Shown here: piece after piece, positions 29,700 to 39,824 of the stretch
Numbering within the stretch: the first letter of the stretch is position 1
Layout: the number at the start of each line of letters is the position of its first letter
Origin: an uncultured Thermodesulfobacteriota bacterium
GTDB lineage: Bacteria; Desulfobacterota; BSN033; WVXP01
Assembly: GCA_964347335.1 (NCBI GenBank)
Contig: CAYFYO010000003.1
Location: 6,180 to 70,179 of the forward strand
Direction: 5' to 3'
DNA length: 64,000 bases
Notes under the pieces: model-generated
What the model was told of the DNA's origin: nothing
What the model saw: the letters and a program-made list of their open reading frames with translations, nothing else
Databases searched by the model: none
Position numbers and translations under genes: made by a program

Positions 29700-30830
29700 T
29701 TGAAATCCCTCTTCATCTACTCTCAGGAACTTAGCCGATTTGATTTTGGACACGACCATCCCTACAAGCCGGAGCGAGCTATCAAGACCTATGAGCTTTG
29801 CAGGCGCTACGGTGTTTTGGACTATCCATGGATGCAGATCGTTAGCGCTCCGCCAATTGATCCCAAGGCGTTGATCTCATTTCATGACGAGCACTACTTG
29901 CGAGTTCTGAGGGAGGCTAGCCTTGGGAGGATGACAATTGAAATGCTTTCGTACGGCCTCGGGACCGATGACAATCCCATTATCCCGGGTATCTATGAGT
30001 GGTCCGTCATGACAGCCGGTGGCACCTTTCTCGGCGCCGATCTCATCGCGACGGAGGAGATCGACGTCGCCTTCAATCCTCTCGGCGGATTTCACCACGC
30101 CCGAAGAGACCGGGCCGAGGGATTCTGCTATATCAACGATGTGGCGGTCACCGCCCTCGACCTTCTCAATCGAGGACTCAGACTGGCCTTTGTCGATATC
30201 GACGCCCATCATTGCAACGGCGTCCAAGAGGCCTTTTATTCAGATGACCGGCTTCTCATGATCTCCCTCCACGAAAGTGGGGAGACACTCTACCCAGGGA
30301 CAGGAAGTGAGAATGAGATCGGAGAGGGAAAGGGGCGTGGCTTTACCGTAAATATCCCGCTGGATGCACAAACGGATGATGAGGTCTACCTTGAGGCTTT
30401 CCGAGAGATTGTCCCCCCCTTGGTTGAGGCATTCCACCCTGATCTCCTTATCGCAGAAGTGGGAGCCGACACGCAGATTTCCGATCCCCTGACTCATCTC
30501 AGATTGACAAACAATGCCTATCAGGAAGCCGTGACGATCCTCAAGATGCTAGGTAAAAGAATTCTTGCCCTTGGAGGCGGCGGATACGATATCTACCGAA
30601 CCGCCAGATGTTGGACCCTTGCGTGGTCAATTCTCAACGATGTCGAGCCAGAGGATGAATTTGCTGGACTCGTCGGTGGTATGATGTTTGGACCCGAGCA
30701 TGAGGTTGGTAGTCTCCGAGATGGGCCCCACCCCACCACAGGAACGGAGAAAGAAAAGGCGAGAGTCCGGGCTCGGAAGGCCGTCAAATTCATAAAAAAA
30801 GAGGTCTTTCCCATCCACGGAGTCCGGTAG
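29700..30830 (+). CDS. histone-deacetylase-family protein (AcuC/acetylpolyamine aminohydrolase-like)
   Basis: HDAC-fold motifs DIDAHHCNG and GGGGY; TTG start. Confidence 0.8.
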   Translation: MKSLFIYSQELSRFDFGHDHPYKPERAIKTYELCRRYGVLDYPWMQIVSAPPIDPKALISFHDEHYLRVLREASLGRMTIEMLSYGLGTDDNPIIPGIYEWSVMTAGGTFLGADLIATEEIDVAFNPLGGFHHARRDRAEGFCYINDVAVTALDLLNRGLRLAFVDIDAHHCNGVQEAFYSDDRLLMISLHESGETLYPGTGSENEIGEGKGRGFTVNIPLDAQTDDEVYLEAFREIVPPLVEAFHPDLLIAEVGADTQISDPLTHLRLTNNAYQEAVTILKMLGKRILALGGGGYDIYRTARCWTLAWSILNDVEPEDEFAGLVGGMMFGPEHEVGSLRDGPHPTTGTEKEKARVRARKAVKFIKKEVFPIHGVR

Positions 30831-31006
30831 CCATTGCAACGCGACAAATTAAGAATCCGGCATGAGCATTTCGCCGGAGAACCCGCTTGAAGCGAGAATT
30901 ACATCGTCTTTTTCGTTCTCTTCGTCTGGTTTTTTTGCCCTTTTTTCAGCCTTTTTCCGAGAGCGCTGACCCTTTTCTCGAGAGCTTCAGAATCCTTTTT
31001 GTTCAC

Positions 31007-31249
31007 TCAATCGAGGCTCTTCAGACCCTTCTGCATGAGAGACACGATCTCGTCCGGTAGGCTCTTCAATTCCGTTTTGCTATTCCTGATCCATTGATCG
31101 GCGAAGCGTTCCGCTTCCTCGGTGGAAAGCTTTCCTTCCGCGACGAGTCTATCTAGGATCTTACGGACCCGCTCCCGTGTTAGGACCACCGCTCCCATAC
31201 TCGCCTGCACCGTCTTCTTGATGCCTTCGAGCATGACATTTTCTCCCAT
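31007..31249 (-). CDS. hypothetical coiled-coil protein (phasin-like?)
   Basis: 80-aa helical ORF; TGA stop is followed in frame by a Lys-rich 35-codon tail. Confidence 0.3.
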   Translation of the reverse strand: MGENVMLEGIKKTVQASMGAVVLTRERVRKILDRLVAEGKLSTEEAERFADQWIRNSKTELKSLPDEIVSLMQKGLKSLD

Positions 31250-31629
31250 CTTCTGGAGATGGTTTACCGACTTGGGGATCCCTTCGAGGTTCGCACATCG
31301 ATTCCGACAGTAAAATCGGCCACGGCTTGCCTTGAATCACCCTCTCGGTCATATTCAACAATCAACAAAGGACGTTCCCCCACCCCTCTCTGCACACAAT
31401 TTCTGCCCCCTTCAGAGGCTTTCCGCCCTTCGGCAGGAGTCGATGCGACCAAATCGAAACGAACTGGCATACACCTTGCTCTAAAAAACCTGGCCAATCA
31501 CGTCCCAGGTCAAAATCGTTTGTCGACGTGATGATGCCCGATGAGTAAAGGGGCTCACTGGGTAATAGCGGACCAATTCCGTGCCGAAAACGGCTGAATT
31601 CTCCTCACCGAGACCCGAGGATTCAGAAG

Positions 31630-32070
31630 GTGGCCGAATCTTACGCTTATGGGAAGAAAAAAGAACCCGTTGTCCTTTCTGCAGAAAACCCGGATGTGGA
31701 AAGCAGCGTGTCAAAGCGGAGAGACAGAAGAAAATCCCGCCGCATAAGGGATCCTATACTGATCTTTCTGTACAGGGATCGTCTGGGAAACAAATCAGCG
31801 AGGCCCCTCGACCTGTCCCTGGAAGGAATCGGCATCGAGACATCCAGCCCTCTAGACATGGACGAATACGTTCAAGTGGCTATTATCATCGGCGAGTGTC
31901 AGATCAATGCCCTCGGGAGGGTCATTTACACGAAAAAAGAGAAATCTGGAAGGTTCCGCTCAGGAATCAGGTTCGAGAGGATCTCTGGCCGCAATAGGGA
32001 CATTATCAGGCTATACCTCGAAAAAACCCAGCGATCAAGGGGGTCAAAAGCGCATGAACAAAGCTCTTGA
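31630..32070 (+). CDS. PilZ-domain protein
   Basis: RRKSRRIR and DLSLEGIGIE match the PilZ RxxxR / DxSxGG c-di-GMP-binding motifs. Confidence 0.7.
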   Translation: MAESYAYGKKKEPVVLSAENPDVESSVSKRRDRRKSRRIRDPILIFLYRDRLGNKSARPLDLSLEGIGIETSSPLDMDEYVQVAIIIGECQINALGRVIYTKKEKSGRFRSGIRFERISGRNRDIIRLYLEKTQRSRGSKAHEQSS

Positions 32071-32383
32071 AAAAGAACGGAGAAAACACAAGCGCCTGGA
32101 ACTCACCCATCTTGTTGCCTACAAGAGCTTTCACATCGAAGAAGTCTCTGAAACCGTTAACATCAGCATGGGCGGCATGAAGATAAAAACGGAGTTCCCG
32201 ATTGAGCGGGACGAGAGCCTCGAAGTTTCCCTCAAGATCGGTGAGAACGATTTTAGATCCAAAGCTCGAGTGATCTATTGTCACTTGAGAGCGGATGAGA
32301 GTTATGACGTTGGTGTCAGGTTCGAGGACACAGCTCCACGGCATATCCACATGTTGAGTGAATACCTCAACAATCGGGGCTAA
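32054..32383 (+). CDS. PilZ-domain protein (second, overlapping tandem copy)
   Basis: RRKHKRLE and NISMGGMKI PilZ motifs; ATG 32054 overlaps the upstream stop. Confidence 0.7.
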   Translation: MNKALEKERRKHKRLELTHLVAYKSFHIEEVSETVNISMGGMKIKTEFPIERDESLEVSLKIGENDFRSKARVIYCHLRADESYDVGVRFEDTAPRHIHMLSEYLNNRG

Positions 32384-32426
32384 CTTACCCATCATTCGGG
32401 AACCGATGGGTATCCATTGGGCGCTT

Positions 32427-33827
32427 CTACAGAGACTGATCTCCCCTTGGCGATCGAATTCGAACCAGCACAAGCACGACAATCAGATAGGTAATGATTC
32501 CTGCGAGCGCAAATCCGACACCCCTTTTGACCTGCCTCACCCTGCGGTTCATGGCGGCCTTGGAGAATCCAATCTTCAGGTTTTGTCCTTCCGGGTCATC
32601 CCCCGACAGGGGATAAGAAATCATCAAGATATCCTCTTCTGCTGTGATCTGCTTCGCGTGGTAACCCACCACCACCTGATTGCTCCGCATCATCTCAATA
32701 AAAACAAGATGAGCATCCCTCCCGATCTCTTCGATGTACCGTTCGAGGAGTCCTTGGTTGTTGCCGATTGCGGCATCGTTCACAAGAAGGGAGAACATGT
32801 AAGCAATATGACGACCTCGAATCGCCGCATCCTTCTGAAGAATCTTCTTCTGTGATTCAATGATGAAATAGCCAAAGAGAAACGCCGCAACCATCAGGAT
32901 AAGTCCCACGGTCATTGACAATCTGAAAAAAACGGGCATCTGGCTTCTCTGCGTTGGACTGTAGGGACGCTCCCTCCTCGGTCTCTCCCGTTCCCCATCG
33001 GCTGCGGCCGACTGCAACAGGGCATCCTTGAGTTCTCGAGCTGTTTGGAAACGGTGAGCGGGGTCCTTGGCAAGGCACTTCAGGACAATTCCTTCCAGTT
33101 TCATCGGAATGTCAGGGGCAATCTTCCGGGGAAGGACAGGTTCTCCATAGATGATTTGGTTTATGGTTTCTGCAATAGATTCCTCGTGAAACGGTAGAGC
33201 CCCAGTCAAAAGCTGATAAAGAACAACCCCGACAGAGAAAATGTCGGTTCTTCGGTCGATGTTTTTGAACTCCCTGAGTTGCTCTGGTGAACAGTAGTAG
33301 ATGGTCCCCATAAAAGTCTGGTCTCTCGTCTTCACCATGTCGGATTTTTCAAGCCTGGCGATTCCAAAATCGGTAATTTTCACCGTGCCATTGTTCAGGA
33401 GAATCAGATTGTCAGGTTTGACATCTCGATGAATAACCCCATGCTCATGGGCGAAGTGGAGACCATCACAGACCTGATAGAGCCAGTTGAGAATCGTATC
33501 GATATCATACCGCTCTCGGGTCTTGAGAAGGTCGCCGAGCGAGGAGCCCGCGAGGTATTCCATGATGATATAGTACTGTTCCCCCTGCTGTCCCACGTGG
33601 TAGATGGAGACGATGTTGGCGTGATTCAACCGGGCTGCCGCTTTGGCCTCCTGCTGGAATCTGAGGATGATTTCTTTTCTCCCCGCTTCTTCGAGCCCAA
33701 GCCGTGGATCAATCCTCAGAACCTTCACGGCCACGTCGCGGTCCAAGCGGGTGTCATGGGCGAGATATACTGTTGACATCCCGCCGCTGCCAATCCTCTT
33801 TTTGATCTTATAGCTGGATTTTTCCAC
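32427..33827 (-). CDS. Hanks-type Ser/Thr protein kinase with C-terminal TM and extracytoplasmic domain
   Basis: GSGGMSTVY, VAVK, HRDVKPDN, DFGIA, SPEQ kinase subdomains; TM helix near residue 310. Confidence 0.85.
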   Translation of the reverse strand: MEKSSYKIKKRIGSGGMSTVYLAHDTRLDRDVAVKVLRIDPRLGLEEAGRKEIILRFQQEAKAAARLNHANIVSIYHVGQQGEQYYIIMEYLAGSSLGDLLKTRERYDIDTILNWLYQVCDGLHFAHEHGVIHRDVKPDNLILLNNGTVKITDFGIARLEKSDMVKTRDQTFMGTIYYCSPEQLREFKNIDRRTDIFSVGVVLYQLLTGALPFHEESIAETINQIIYGEPVLPRKIAPDIPMKLEGIVLKCLAKDPAHRFQTARELKDALLQSAAADGERERPRRERPYSPTQRSQMPVFFRLSMTVGLILMVAAFLFGYFIIESQKKILQKDAAIRGRHIAYMFSLLVNDAAIGNNQGLLERYIEEIGRDAHLVFIEMMRSNQVVVGYHAKQITAEEDILMISYPLSGDDPEGQNLKIGFSKAAMNRRVRQVKRGVGFALAGIITYLIVVLVLVRIRSPRGDQSL

Positions 33828-33976
33828 TATGCGAAACTCTATCGGGTCCCCTTACACTTATCAGAATTCTTCCCGCCTGTCAAAGCATCTTTCCTTGTAA
33901 TTATAGGGACTTTCATCCGTATCTCCTGAGTTCTCTGCCTCCCCTTCCACCTCAGCCTAAAACCCAATCTGATGCC

Positions 33977-34156
33977 TTAGGTTTTGGGATCACCTTCCTG
34001 ACGGATCCACGCATCAATCTGATGGCGTTCGAACCGCCATTTGTTAAGGATCTTTTTCGCAGGTATTTTCCCTTCCCTGGCGAGCTTATACAAGGATCTC
34101 TTGCCAATCTGCAAATAATCTGCGAGTTGCTCAATGGTCATAACAGAGCGGACCAT
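33977..34156 (-). CDS. excisionase/MerR-type helix-turn-helix DNA-binding protein (59 aa)
   Basis: MTIEQLADYLQIGKRSLYKLAREGKIPAKKI matches the excisionase-family HTH (TIGR01764-like); RBS GAGAGGAGAG; same strand, 149 bp upstream of the kinase. Confidence 0.6.
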   Translation of the reverse strand: MVRSVMTIEQLADYLQIGKRSLYKLAREGKIPAKKILNKWRFERHQIDAWIRQEGDPKT

Positions 34157-34567
34157 CTCACTCTCCTCTCTCGCGTATTGCTGTTCGTCAGAAGAAAAGG
34201 CAAAAAGAGTACCAATTCTCCATCTGAGAGGGAATGAATCTTTCTGGTCCGTGTGCAAGCTCTCGCCTAGACACTGAAGCGTTTGGTGAACAGAGATATG
34301 GCTATCAGGACCGACTCGACTTGCTCGTGACGATGCGAGTGGTCCTCCACCGGTGACTTTTTCCGTGCATGAAACGACAAGCAAACGACACAGACTGCCA
34401 AATTATTGACACAGCATGCCAGCCTAGAAGAAACTCCACCGCTTCTCCAGTGTCGTTGAGGGACACGGAGATAGCCGACCTTCACGATAGCTCAAAAAAG
34501 TCCGGAGGCCCCAGCCATTTTCCACCCTTGAAGGGCCCACCTGATTGAGGTATCCTGAGCGTACCAG

Positions 34568-35062
34568 ATGACTCGAAGGGTACGGTCGGAGACGATGTGG
34601 CCATTATTCAAGAAAATGCTCCCACTCATCCTCGTGGCCATTTACCTCCTGAGTCCTCTTGATCTTGTCCCGGATCTCTTGGTCGGTCCGGGCTGGATCG
34701 ATGACCTCGTCCTGATTTGCCTGCTCATTTTGTTTCTGTCAGGTCGATCCATTCCTTTTTTCAACCGTTTTGGCACTTTCCGAAGCGGAAAAAAGAGGCA
34801 CGACGAGGGGACCTCACGGGAGTACTCCAGATCATCAACAAAGCCGGACGATGACTACGGTGGCACCGTGGGAGACCCCTATAAGGTCCTCGGGATTCGG
34901 CGAGGGGCGACCAAGGAGGAGATCAGGGAGGCCTATCGCATTGCGGCAGCCAAGTACCATCCGGACAAAGTGAGCCACTTGGGAAAGGAGTTTCAAAAAC
35001 TCGCCCACAAAAAGTTCGTGACCATACAGGAAGCTTACGAACGCCTGACCAAGGTCCGCTGA
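34568..35062 (+). CDS. membrane-anchored J-domain protein (DjlA-like)
   Basis: N-terminal hydrophobic helices; C-terminal J domain with HPD (DPYKVLGI...KYHPDKV). Confidence 0.7.
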   Translation: MTRRVRSETMWPLFKKMLPLILVAIYLLSPLDLVPDLLVGPGWIDDLVLICLLILFLSGRSIPFFNRFGTFRSGKKRHDEGTSREYSRSSTKPDDDYGGTVGDPYKVLGIRRGATKEEIREAYRIAAAKYHPDKVSHLGKEFQKLAHKKFVTIQEAYERLTKVR

Positions 35063-35064
35063 AC

Positions 35065-35388
35065 TCAGCGCTTCAGAACCCGCCACCATTTGCGAACCTG
35101 CGAGGCCGTTTCGCGGACAGTTTTGATTTCTTCAACGCCCGGAAGGTTTTCGATTTCCTCTTTCAGACTCGCCGATTTTGCCTGATTATCTTGTCCAGGA
35201 CGCTGAGGTGGACCACTCTCCGACGATTCCTCTTTTTTTTCGTCTTTTTTGCCATCTTTCGATATATTTCTGATTTCTTTGACCGTTTTCCCCAGTCCCT
35301 GGCCGATTTCTGGAAGTCTCTTGGCCCCGAAAATAAGCAAAACGATGACCCCAATGACAATGATCTCGACAATGCCCAAACCAAACAC
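35065..35388 (-). CDS. tatA: twin-arginine translocase TatA/E
   Basis: [34 protein letters not shown] canonical TatA N-terminus. Confidence 0.8.
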   Translation of the reverse strand: MFGLGIVEIIVIGVIVLLIFGAKRLPEIGQGLGKTVKEIRNISKDGKKDEKKEESSESGPPQRPGQDNQAKSASLKEEIENLPGVEEIKTVRETASQVRKWWRVLKR

Positions 35389-35556
35389 CCTCTACCCTCC
35401 GATCCGTCAACAATAGGATACGATCGCTGACAATACAACGGTCTATTCGAGATTGGCCTCCTGCCATGAGGTCAAGGCCTGCGCTTCACTGGGTCTATTT
35501 CATGGCAGACTTCACCAATTTCTCAAACCCGCTCTAGAAACAGAGAGACTCCGCAA

Positions 35557-36774
35557 TCACTGCCACGGCCGAACGACAGGTCGACTCCACGCTGTCAGAG
35601 GGCGAAAACGCTGGGACATCCGGTCGAAGCGAAATATCCGGGCCTGGGACCCTAACAGATGAAATTCAGCCTCGTAATCGATCGGACCTGCCAGCCCATG
35701 GGTGTTGAGATTCTGAATCCGCCTTAAGGTATCGATGAAGGCTTGCCGGGTCAGGTCTCTCCCCGCATTTCGCAGAGCCTCCCCAATGAGGAGTCCACCA
35801 ACATACCCAAGAACATGCTGTCGATGGAGGGTGCTCGTGTTCTTCTTCGGATAGTATTTCTGCGTACTCCCGACCATGAGGGTGACCCCGGGGGATCTCT
35901 CCCAAGGTTTACCGAGGTAATCTACCACGAAGTAGTTGTCTATCCCTTCGCCTGCCTGAGCCATCATCTCTGGATCGGCCGTCGACGAGGTTCCAAAAAA
36001 CCAAGGAAACCACCCTATCTCACTCGCCTCTCGTATGATTTCCAGTGCCTCCCGACTCGTGGCTCCAAGGACGACATGATCTACCTGAGCTGAACGCAGG
36101 CCATCGACAATAGGAGTGAAGTCGGACGTATCCGATCCGTAATGTGCTTCCCCGACAACTTCGAGTCCGTATCGTTTGCTAGCCCGGTGAAATCCCTCAT
36201 CCACCTCTTTCCCGAGAACACTCGCCTGAGAGATCAGTCCCAACCTAGGATTCAGCCCAGGGTTCCTTTTCAGGAGATACTCGATCGCGAGAATCACCTG
36301 ATCTCCGTGGGGCATCCCGAAAACAAAGACGTTACTCCCTGATCCCGAGAGAAGCGATTTGAAGGGGGCCCCAAAGGCCAGAAGGGGGATGTTCTCGGCC
36401 GGGACCCATCGTTCAAGGAGCGCCTGAGTGGTCTGGATCTCCGAAGCAGAGACAATACCAAATACCCCATCAGCCGAAACCATCCCATCGACTGCAGCCA
36501 CGCCTAGGTCTGGATCCCCACCGTCATCCCGGGTTTGCAAAACGATGGCTCTCTCATGAACCCCACCGATATCGTTGACGTGTCTGACATATGTCTGAAG
36601 TCCCTCCAGAAAACTCCCGCCCGCCGAGGCACGAGGTCCTGATAGAGGGCAGAGGATACCCATCGTAATTGCCGAATCAGTCACGCCTTTCGCTGGTCCC
36701 TGGGCAATGGCAAAAGAGGTCAGAATCAGCACGCCAAAAAAGGAGAGACCGAAAGACGATTTCCAATTTGCCAT
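35557..36774 (-). CDS. ABC transporter substrate-binding protein, LivK/branched-chain amino acid family
   Basis: Signal peptide plus type-I periplasmic binding fold similarity (ITMGILCPLSGPRASAGG). Confidence 0.75.
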   Translation of the reverse strand: MANWKSSFGLSFFGVLILTSFAIAQGPAKGVTDSAITMGILCPLSGPRASAGGSFLEGLQTYVRHVNDIGGVHERAIVLQTRDDGGDPDLGVAAVDGMVSADGVFGIVSASEIQTTQALLERWVPAENIPLLAFGAPFKSLLSGSGSNVFVFGMPHGDQVILAIEYLLKRNPGLNPRLGLISQASVLGKEVDEGFHRASKRYGLEVVGEAHYGSDTSDFTPIVDGLRSAQVDHVVLGATSREALEIIREASEIGWFPWFFGTSSTADPEMMAQAGEGIDNYFVVDYLGKPWERSPGVTLMVGSTQKYYPKKNTSTLHRQHVLGYVGGLLIGEALRNAGRDLTRQAFIDTLRRIQNLNTHGLAGPIDYEAEFHLLGSQARIFRFDRMSQRFRPLTAWSRPVVRPWQ

Positions 36775-36898
36775 GAAATGAAGTCCTTAGAGTATCCTCG
36801 AATGATATGGAATTCTCGATCCCTGAAACCCCAGTGCTGCCCGTCACAGAGCGGAAGAAAAATATGGTTTTATGAAAACAGGCCCTCAGAGGTTCGAA

Positions 36899-37171
36899 TC
36901 AAACCGACCGTCCCCTCCCAAAATTGAAACGATAGATTTTTCTGTGCCTCCTCATCTCATTCGAATCAGGACAGAGAAGAAGGCGGCGCCCCCAAAGGTC
37001 ATAATGGGGTTTCCCGCTCCGGCTGATATGGATCGTCCGAAGTCCATGTCGCCTCCCCCAATGGATGAGCTCGTCCAGAGAATCAGCGAGCACCTTGCAC
37101 ATGGGAGAGCCCTTCTTCATTTGGAGTCGAGGATAGTCGGTTGGAGCTGAGTGTGAAAGAAAGTAGAGCAT
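36899..37171 (-). CDS. DUF4031-family small protein
   Basis: MCKVLADSLDELIHWGRRHGL...HYDL resembles the DUF4031 consensus (MCHMLAD..ELH..A..IG....HYDL). Confidence 0.4.
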   Translation of the reverse strand: MLYFLSHSAPTDYPRLQMKKGSPMCKVLADSLDELIHWGRRHGLRTIHISRSGKPHYDLWGRRLLLCPDSNEMRRHRKIYRFNFGRGRSV

Positions 37172-37536
37172 CTCTGAGGCTCCCAGAGCAACGGTGCTGA
37201 AGAACGCATTCTATGCGGTGAATCGCTCCAGGCCGCCTTCTATCATGCCAGGGCAGATCGCCCTTGTCAAGTTTCAGATTGATGGGTTCCTTTTTTCGAC
37301 TTCAGGCCGCTTCATGTTTTCAATGCTTCCTGACCCTTTGGCTTGAATGGTTTTTGATGCCTCTGGGTTCGACAGCCCTAGGCGACGGGAGAGCTCTGGG
37401 CGTTGAACCGTCTGTGGGGTACAGGCAATTTCGGAAAAAGTGAAGGCAGTGGAAAAGGATATTAGAAAATACTCTTGGAATATCAAATAGATAGAAGATT
37501 TATTCAAAATTGCGACAGAAAGGATAAAAAACAAAC

Positions 37537-37564
37537 TTGACATTAACGTGAATGTTGATATACT
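37537..37564 (+). promoter_or_regulatory. consensus sigma70 promoter for the sigma-factor gene
   Basis: TTGACA-16 nt-TATACT, about 22 bp upstream of the start codon. Confidence 0.55.
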
Positions 37565-37585
37565 AGCACTGAAAGGGGGGTTGAT

Positions 37586-38872
37586 GTGATGTCACCACAT
37601 ATAAAACCAAGACAAAATTTCTTCGCATATACACAATTCGTTGAGGATAAGACTTTTGAAAATACCGGGCGTCCCTCTGCCAATGAAACCGAAGAGTCAG
37701 AAGAACTCGTGATCGCAATGATCGCTCAAAGTGACACCGCGACGGCAGAGGCGGACTCAGACGAGACTCTTTTTGACTCGGAGGAGGCTCAGGAAGACGA
37801 CGAAGATGAGGCCGTTCTGAATGACCACGATGAAAACATCGCTAGCATCTACCTCAGAGAGATGAATAATATTCCGCTCCTCAGCAGGGAAAGAGAGATT
37901 GAATTGGCGAGAAAGATTCAGGAGGGGGAGCGGAAAATTCAGAAGCTTCTGCGGCAGCGAGAAATCGCCCTGGACCGACCCCATCCTCGAACTCGGAAGG
38001 GTGAAGCGGGTCATCGGAGAACCGGACCTGTTGATCTCTCCGTCCAAAAGCTCGTCCGGAAACTCTTCAGAAAGGCCAGATCTCACAAGCAGAATCCAGA
38101 TCGGCTCAGGCAACTCCTCAGGGAATTAAGGAGAACAGAGGCCCATGTAAAGAGAGCAAAGGCCGAGATGATCCAATCTAATTTGAGGCTCGTCGTCAGT
38201 ATTGCGAAGACTTATATCAATCGCGGTCTATCTTTCCTCGATCTCATTCAGGAAGGGAATATGGGTTTGATGAAGGCCGTCACAAAATACGATTACAGGA
38301 AAGGATTCAAATTCAGTACCTATGCCTCCTGGTGGATTAGACAGGCAATTACCAGAGCCCTGGCCGACAAATCTCGAACCATCCGTATCCCCAATCATCT
38401 TCTGGAAACGAGGAGCAAGATCATCAAAGCCTTTCATCAACTGATCAGGGATTTGGGAAGAGAGCCATTGCCGGAGGAGATTGCCGAGAAGGCAGGGCTT
38501 CCCCTCAGCAATGTGATAAAGGTCATGTATCTGATCCATGAACCGGTTTCCCTGGAGACTCCGGTAGGGGAAGACGGAAGTCAACTGCAGGATTTGATTG
38601 GGAGTGAAGAAAGTGTGACCCTTAATGATGATCTCATCGAAAACATGGACGTGGCAAAGAAAACCAAAGACCTCCTTTCTCTCTTGAACCCAAGGGAAGA
38701 AGAAATTCTGCGACTCAGGTTCGGCATCGGATTACCATCGAGCTACACACTCGAAGAGATTGGCAAGCGATTCGGCATATCTCGAGAACGAGTTCGGCAG
38801 ATTGAGGAAAGAGCGATCAAAAAGCTGAAGTTTCCGGTCCGACCAGAAACTCGCCCCGTCGAGGCCGGATGA
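37586..38872 (+). CDS. rpoD: RNA polymerase sigma-70 family primary-like sigma factor
   Basis: Acidic N-terminus, region 2 (DLIQEGNMGLMKAVTKYDYRKGFKFSTYASWWIRQAI), regions 3 and 4 (LEEIGKRFGISRERVRQIE). Confidence 0.85.
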   Translation: MMSPHIKPRQNFFAYTQFVEDKTFENTGRPSANETEESEELVIAMIAQSDTATAEADSDETLFDSEEAQEDDEDEAVLNDHDENIASIYLREMNNIPLLSREREIELARKIQEGERKIQKLLRQREIALDRPHPRTRKGEAGHRRTGPVDLSVQKLVRKLFRKARSHKQNPDRLRQLLRELRRTEAHVKRAKAEMIQSNLRLVVSIAKTYINRGLSFLDLIQEGNMGLMKAVTKYDYRKGFKFSTYASWWIRQAITRALADKSRTIRIPNHLLETRSKIIKAFHQLIRDLGREPLPEEIAEKAGLPLSNVIKVMYLIHEPVSLETPVGEDGSQLQDLIGSEESVTLNDDLIENMDVAKKTKDLLSLLNPREEEILRLRFGIGLPSSYTLEEIGKRFGISRERVRQIEERAIKKLKFPVRPETRPVEAG

Positions 38873-39131
38873 TCCGATAACCATCCGACCGCGATCACTG
38901 GATTGAGCCACCCCTCCTCGCTCTCCGAAGGGCCGGGAGGGGTAAACATTTCGCCGGCAAATGTTCACAAACCGAGACGGTCCAAAGAGGCCATTTCCCT
39001 CCCCCCTAGCCGAGGGTTTTTCCCGATAGAATCTATTTGACAGCGCATGGCGGTCATAGTAATTTTTCGAAAAGAGCCTTGCCCAAATCTCTGCAGCCAG
39101 TCGGGTCCGTACGGACCCATAATCGAATCCG

Positions 39132-39824
39132 ATGGACACGATCATAAGACTCATTGATGTGGCAAAAATCTATCATGAAGGCAACCAGAGGGTCATCGCC
39201 CTGAACGGAGTAAATCTCGAGGTCCCAAGGGGACAATTCCTCGTCATTCGAGGGCCGAGTGGCTGCGGCAAAAGCACGCTCATAAACCTTCTTGGAGGTC
39301 TGGATGTTCCCACAAAGGGAAAAATCACCATTGACCAGATGAATCTGAACGAGATGGATGATGCCCAACTGACTCGCTTCAGGAGAGATCGTGTGGGGAT
39401 TATTTTCCAGTTTTTTAACTTAGTCCCGATCCTGGATGTCCGAGAAAATGTAGCGCTTCCCTTCATGATCAAGGGAAAGCCCGCGAAGGAGGCTAACGAG
39501 CGGGCCATAGAACTTCTTCGGATGGTCGGGCTTTTGGAACGCCAGTACCATCACGCCCAAGAGATTTCCGGAGGAGAGATGCAGCGGGTGGCCATCGCTC
39601 GGGCCCTGATCAATGATCCAGACATCATTCTCGCCGATGAACCGACTGGCAACCTCGATTCCAAAACTGGACGGAAGATTCTTGAGCTTCTCTCTCGCCT
39701 GAGGTCTGAGTTGAGTAAAACCATTATCATGGCCACTCACAGCAGTGAAGTCACCGAGTTCGCCGATCGAGAACTGATGCTCAGAGACGGACAACTCTCT
39801 GAGGAAGGAGAGGCCACCGATTGA
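39132..39824 (+). CDS. ABC transporter ATP-binding protein (LolD/MacB-type, AttE-like)
   Basis: Walker [10 protein letters not shown], signature [14 protein letters not shown], Walker B ILADEPTG. Confidence 0.85.
   Translation: MDTIIRLIDVAKIYHEGNQRVIALNGVNLEVPRGQFLVIRGPSGCGKSTLINLLGGLDVPTKGKITIDQMNLNEMDDAQLTRFRRDRVGIIFQFFNLVPILDVRENVALPFMIKGKPAKEANERAIELLRMVGLLERQYHHAQEISGGEMQRVAIARALINDPDIILADEPTGNLDSKTGRKILELLSRLRSELSKTIIMATHSSEVTEFADRELMLRDGQLSEEGEATD

Noticed and set aside
36880-36920. tRNA-like T-loop string GGTTCGAATCAAACC
   Set aside because: No acceptor stem, D-arm or anticodon arm can be built around it, and no CCA/discriminator context. Not a tRNA.
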